Shown here piece by piece: positions 26,898 to 28,013 of a DNA stretch of 28,013 bases. Each line of letters starts with the position of its first letter. Position 1 is the first letter of the stretch. Origin of the DNA: Bdellovibrionales bacterium (GTDB taxonomy: Bacteria; Bdellovibrionota; Bdellovibrionia; Bdellovibrionales; Bdellovibrionaceae); assembly GCA_031370005.1 (NCBI GenBank), contig JANMPT010000047.1:1-28013 (forward strand), in the 5' to 3' direction. A program made the position numbers and the translations under genes. The notes below the pieces were generated by a model. The model made no database searches. It was not told the DNA's origin and was given only the letters and a program-made list of their open reading frames with translations.

Positions 26898-27018
26898 GTC
26901 TTAAAAGCAGCTTAGGATCTGCGGTATTCGTTATGGAGTAGCTAAAAAGTTAATATTTCTTTTAAACTAAGGAGAGCTTTCCTCAAAGGTAGGATCCGAA
27001 TATGGTATATTGATGATT

Positions 27019-27069
27019 CGATCAATCAAACTGACGATTTTAGTATGAAATCGTCAGTTTGATTGATCG
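27019..27069. repeat. Perfect inverted repeat with 22-bp arms and 7-nt loop
   Basis: CGATCAATCAAACTGACGATTT-TAGTATG-AAATCGTCAGTTTGATTGATCG, followed by TTTTT on the + strand. Confidence 0.9.
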
Positions 27070-27157
27070 TTTTTGTGTAATACATTGTATATAGCGATAT
27101 TATTAATTATTATACACTCTATGCAGGGCCTGCAGTCGGGTCCATGATGAGTAGGGC

Positions 27158-27694
27158 TTAGTTACTCATCGCCTCGTTGATTACATTCCAAGCCGCATTT
27201 GGAATATCAGATCGGTATTCCTCATTCGTCTTAACAGAATAGCAACTTGCCGAATTATAATCGCCAACTGGATAATAGTAATTTGCACCACCTTTAGAAT
27301 CCCATGTGCCGCGGCTATCTGAAAAAGCTACTGAAATTGCTGTCAGTGGTCCCATGTCAACTTTCGGAGTGATATCCCATATATATGTTCCTGAGGTCAT
27401 GAAGCCTAAATTATGCCAGTCCCTACCAATGCGAAAGTTTCTCTCAACGGATTTGTTGTCGCCGAAGCGAAAGCTTACAACTGCGTCCACAGTGGAGTTT
27501 GCGCCCAGGGCACCTTGTTTTTTGTAGCCAATAACATAACTCTGAGAGTTGCAGCCGCTAGAAACTTTTGCGACCACGCCTGGTCCATCCTTGCAAATCC
27601 TCACAAAGGCATTGCAATAGTCTGCGGGGTAATTTGAGGCGAAGCTTGTCGCCGACACTAAATTTAATACTGCGGTAAACCATATAGCTTTCAT
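27158..27694 (-). CDS. Secreted protein with a possible carbohydrate-binding-module-like fold
   Basis: Sec signal peptide MKAIWFTAVLNLVSATSFA, GGAG RBS, four Cys, and VAFSDSRGTWDSKGGANY resembling the WDNNxGxNY motif of starch-binding CBM-like domains. Confidence 0.7.
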   Translation of the reverse strand: MKAIWFTAVLNLVSATSFASNYPADYCNAFVRICKDGPGVVAKVSSGCNSQSYVIGYKKQGALGANSTVDAVVSFRFGDNKSVERNFRIGRDWHNLGFMTSGTYIWDITPKVDMGPLTAISVAFSDSRGTWDSKGGANYYYPVGDYNSASCYSVKTNEEYRSDIPNAAWNVINEAMSN

Positions 27695-28013
27695 TTTAAT
27701 TTACTCCTAATTTATTATCTGTTTTTTGTTTAAGCTGGAATATACTCCTGGCGGAGCCTTTAAAAAATACTAAAAGCAATAGGTTAAAATAATTACACTT
27801 CCTCTGTTTTTTTGGCTAAAACTTTGACGCTTTTTTAGCTTTCATACCTGGAATAGATCAAGACCTAAATAATCAGGCCTGACCGGCTTATTTGACATAG
27901 CATCACACCTCAAGATCCTCTCCGGATAAGGTATTCCACCGACAACCGTCGGGAGGGCCGCTGTCAGCGAGGCATTTCCGGGTCAGTGTCGATCGGATGG
28001 ATCTGAGCAAAGC

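Noticed and set aside
26930..27010. Possible remnant N-terminus of a third ATPase on the - strand (YHIRILPLRKALLSLKEILTF)
   Set aside because: No start codon or Walker A motif; the resemblance is too weak to support.
1100..27637. The many 60-120 aa ORFs nested in or antisense to assigned genes (e.g. 4075..4434, 19274..19612, 25178..25507, 25708..26025)
   Set aside because: Shadow frames of well-supported genes with no independent motifs.
27860..28013. GC-richer stretch at the right edge, possibly a - strand gene end plus an 18-codon ORF
   Set aside because: Too short to assign; no recognisable protein or RNA motif.

Overview
A bacterial surface-polysaccharide (O-antigen/glycan) locus interleaved with toxin-antitoxin and defence-type accessory genes; the taxon cannot be fixed from sequence, and a Bdellovibrionota-like host is only a guess. 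Left arm (+ strand): the end of an AbiEi-like antitoxin and a truncated AbiEii toxin, a polyprenol-P GT2, a Wzm/Wzt ABC exporter with a C-terminal carbohydrate-binding domain, an FkbM methyltransferase with a short coiled coil, and a six-gene block (SDR, DmpF, DmpG, SDR, HpcH aldolase, YerE-like ThDP enzyme) best read as a pathway for a higher-carbon branched sugar. Middle (mostly - strand): a GtrB-like GT2 divergent from a GT-C-like membrane protein, an Ig-fused PhyH dioxygenase, two glycosyltransferases and rmlBAC. Right arm: about 4.5 kb of self-promoted modules separating rmlD from rmlB (internally deleted BrnT with BrnA, a RelE/HTH pair, an uncharacterised DUF6036-like nucleotidyltransferase/HTH pair bracketed by ~65-bp degenerate direct repeats, and an AAA/DUF4143 ATPase), a C-terminally short rmlD, a second AAA/DUF4143 ATPase and a secreted protein. 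Non-coding signals include a 24-bp inverted repeat pair 10.3 kb apart, operator-like repeats before both ATPases, and a perfect 22-bp-arm hairpin. No rRNA, tRNA, CRISPR array, integrase or transposase was recognised. Family assignments come from motif recognition by eye, not database searches.
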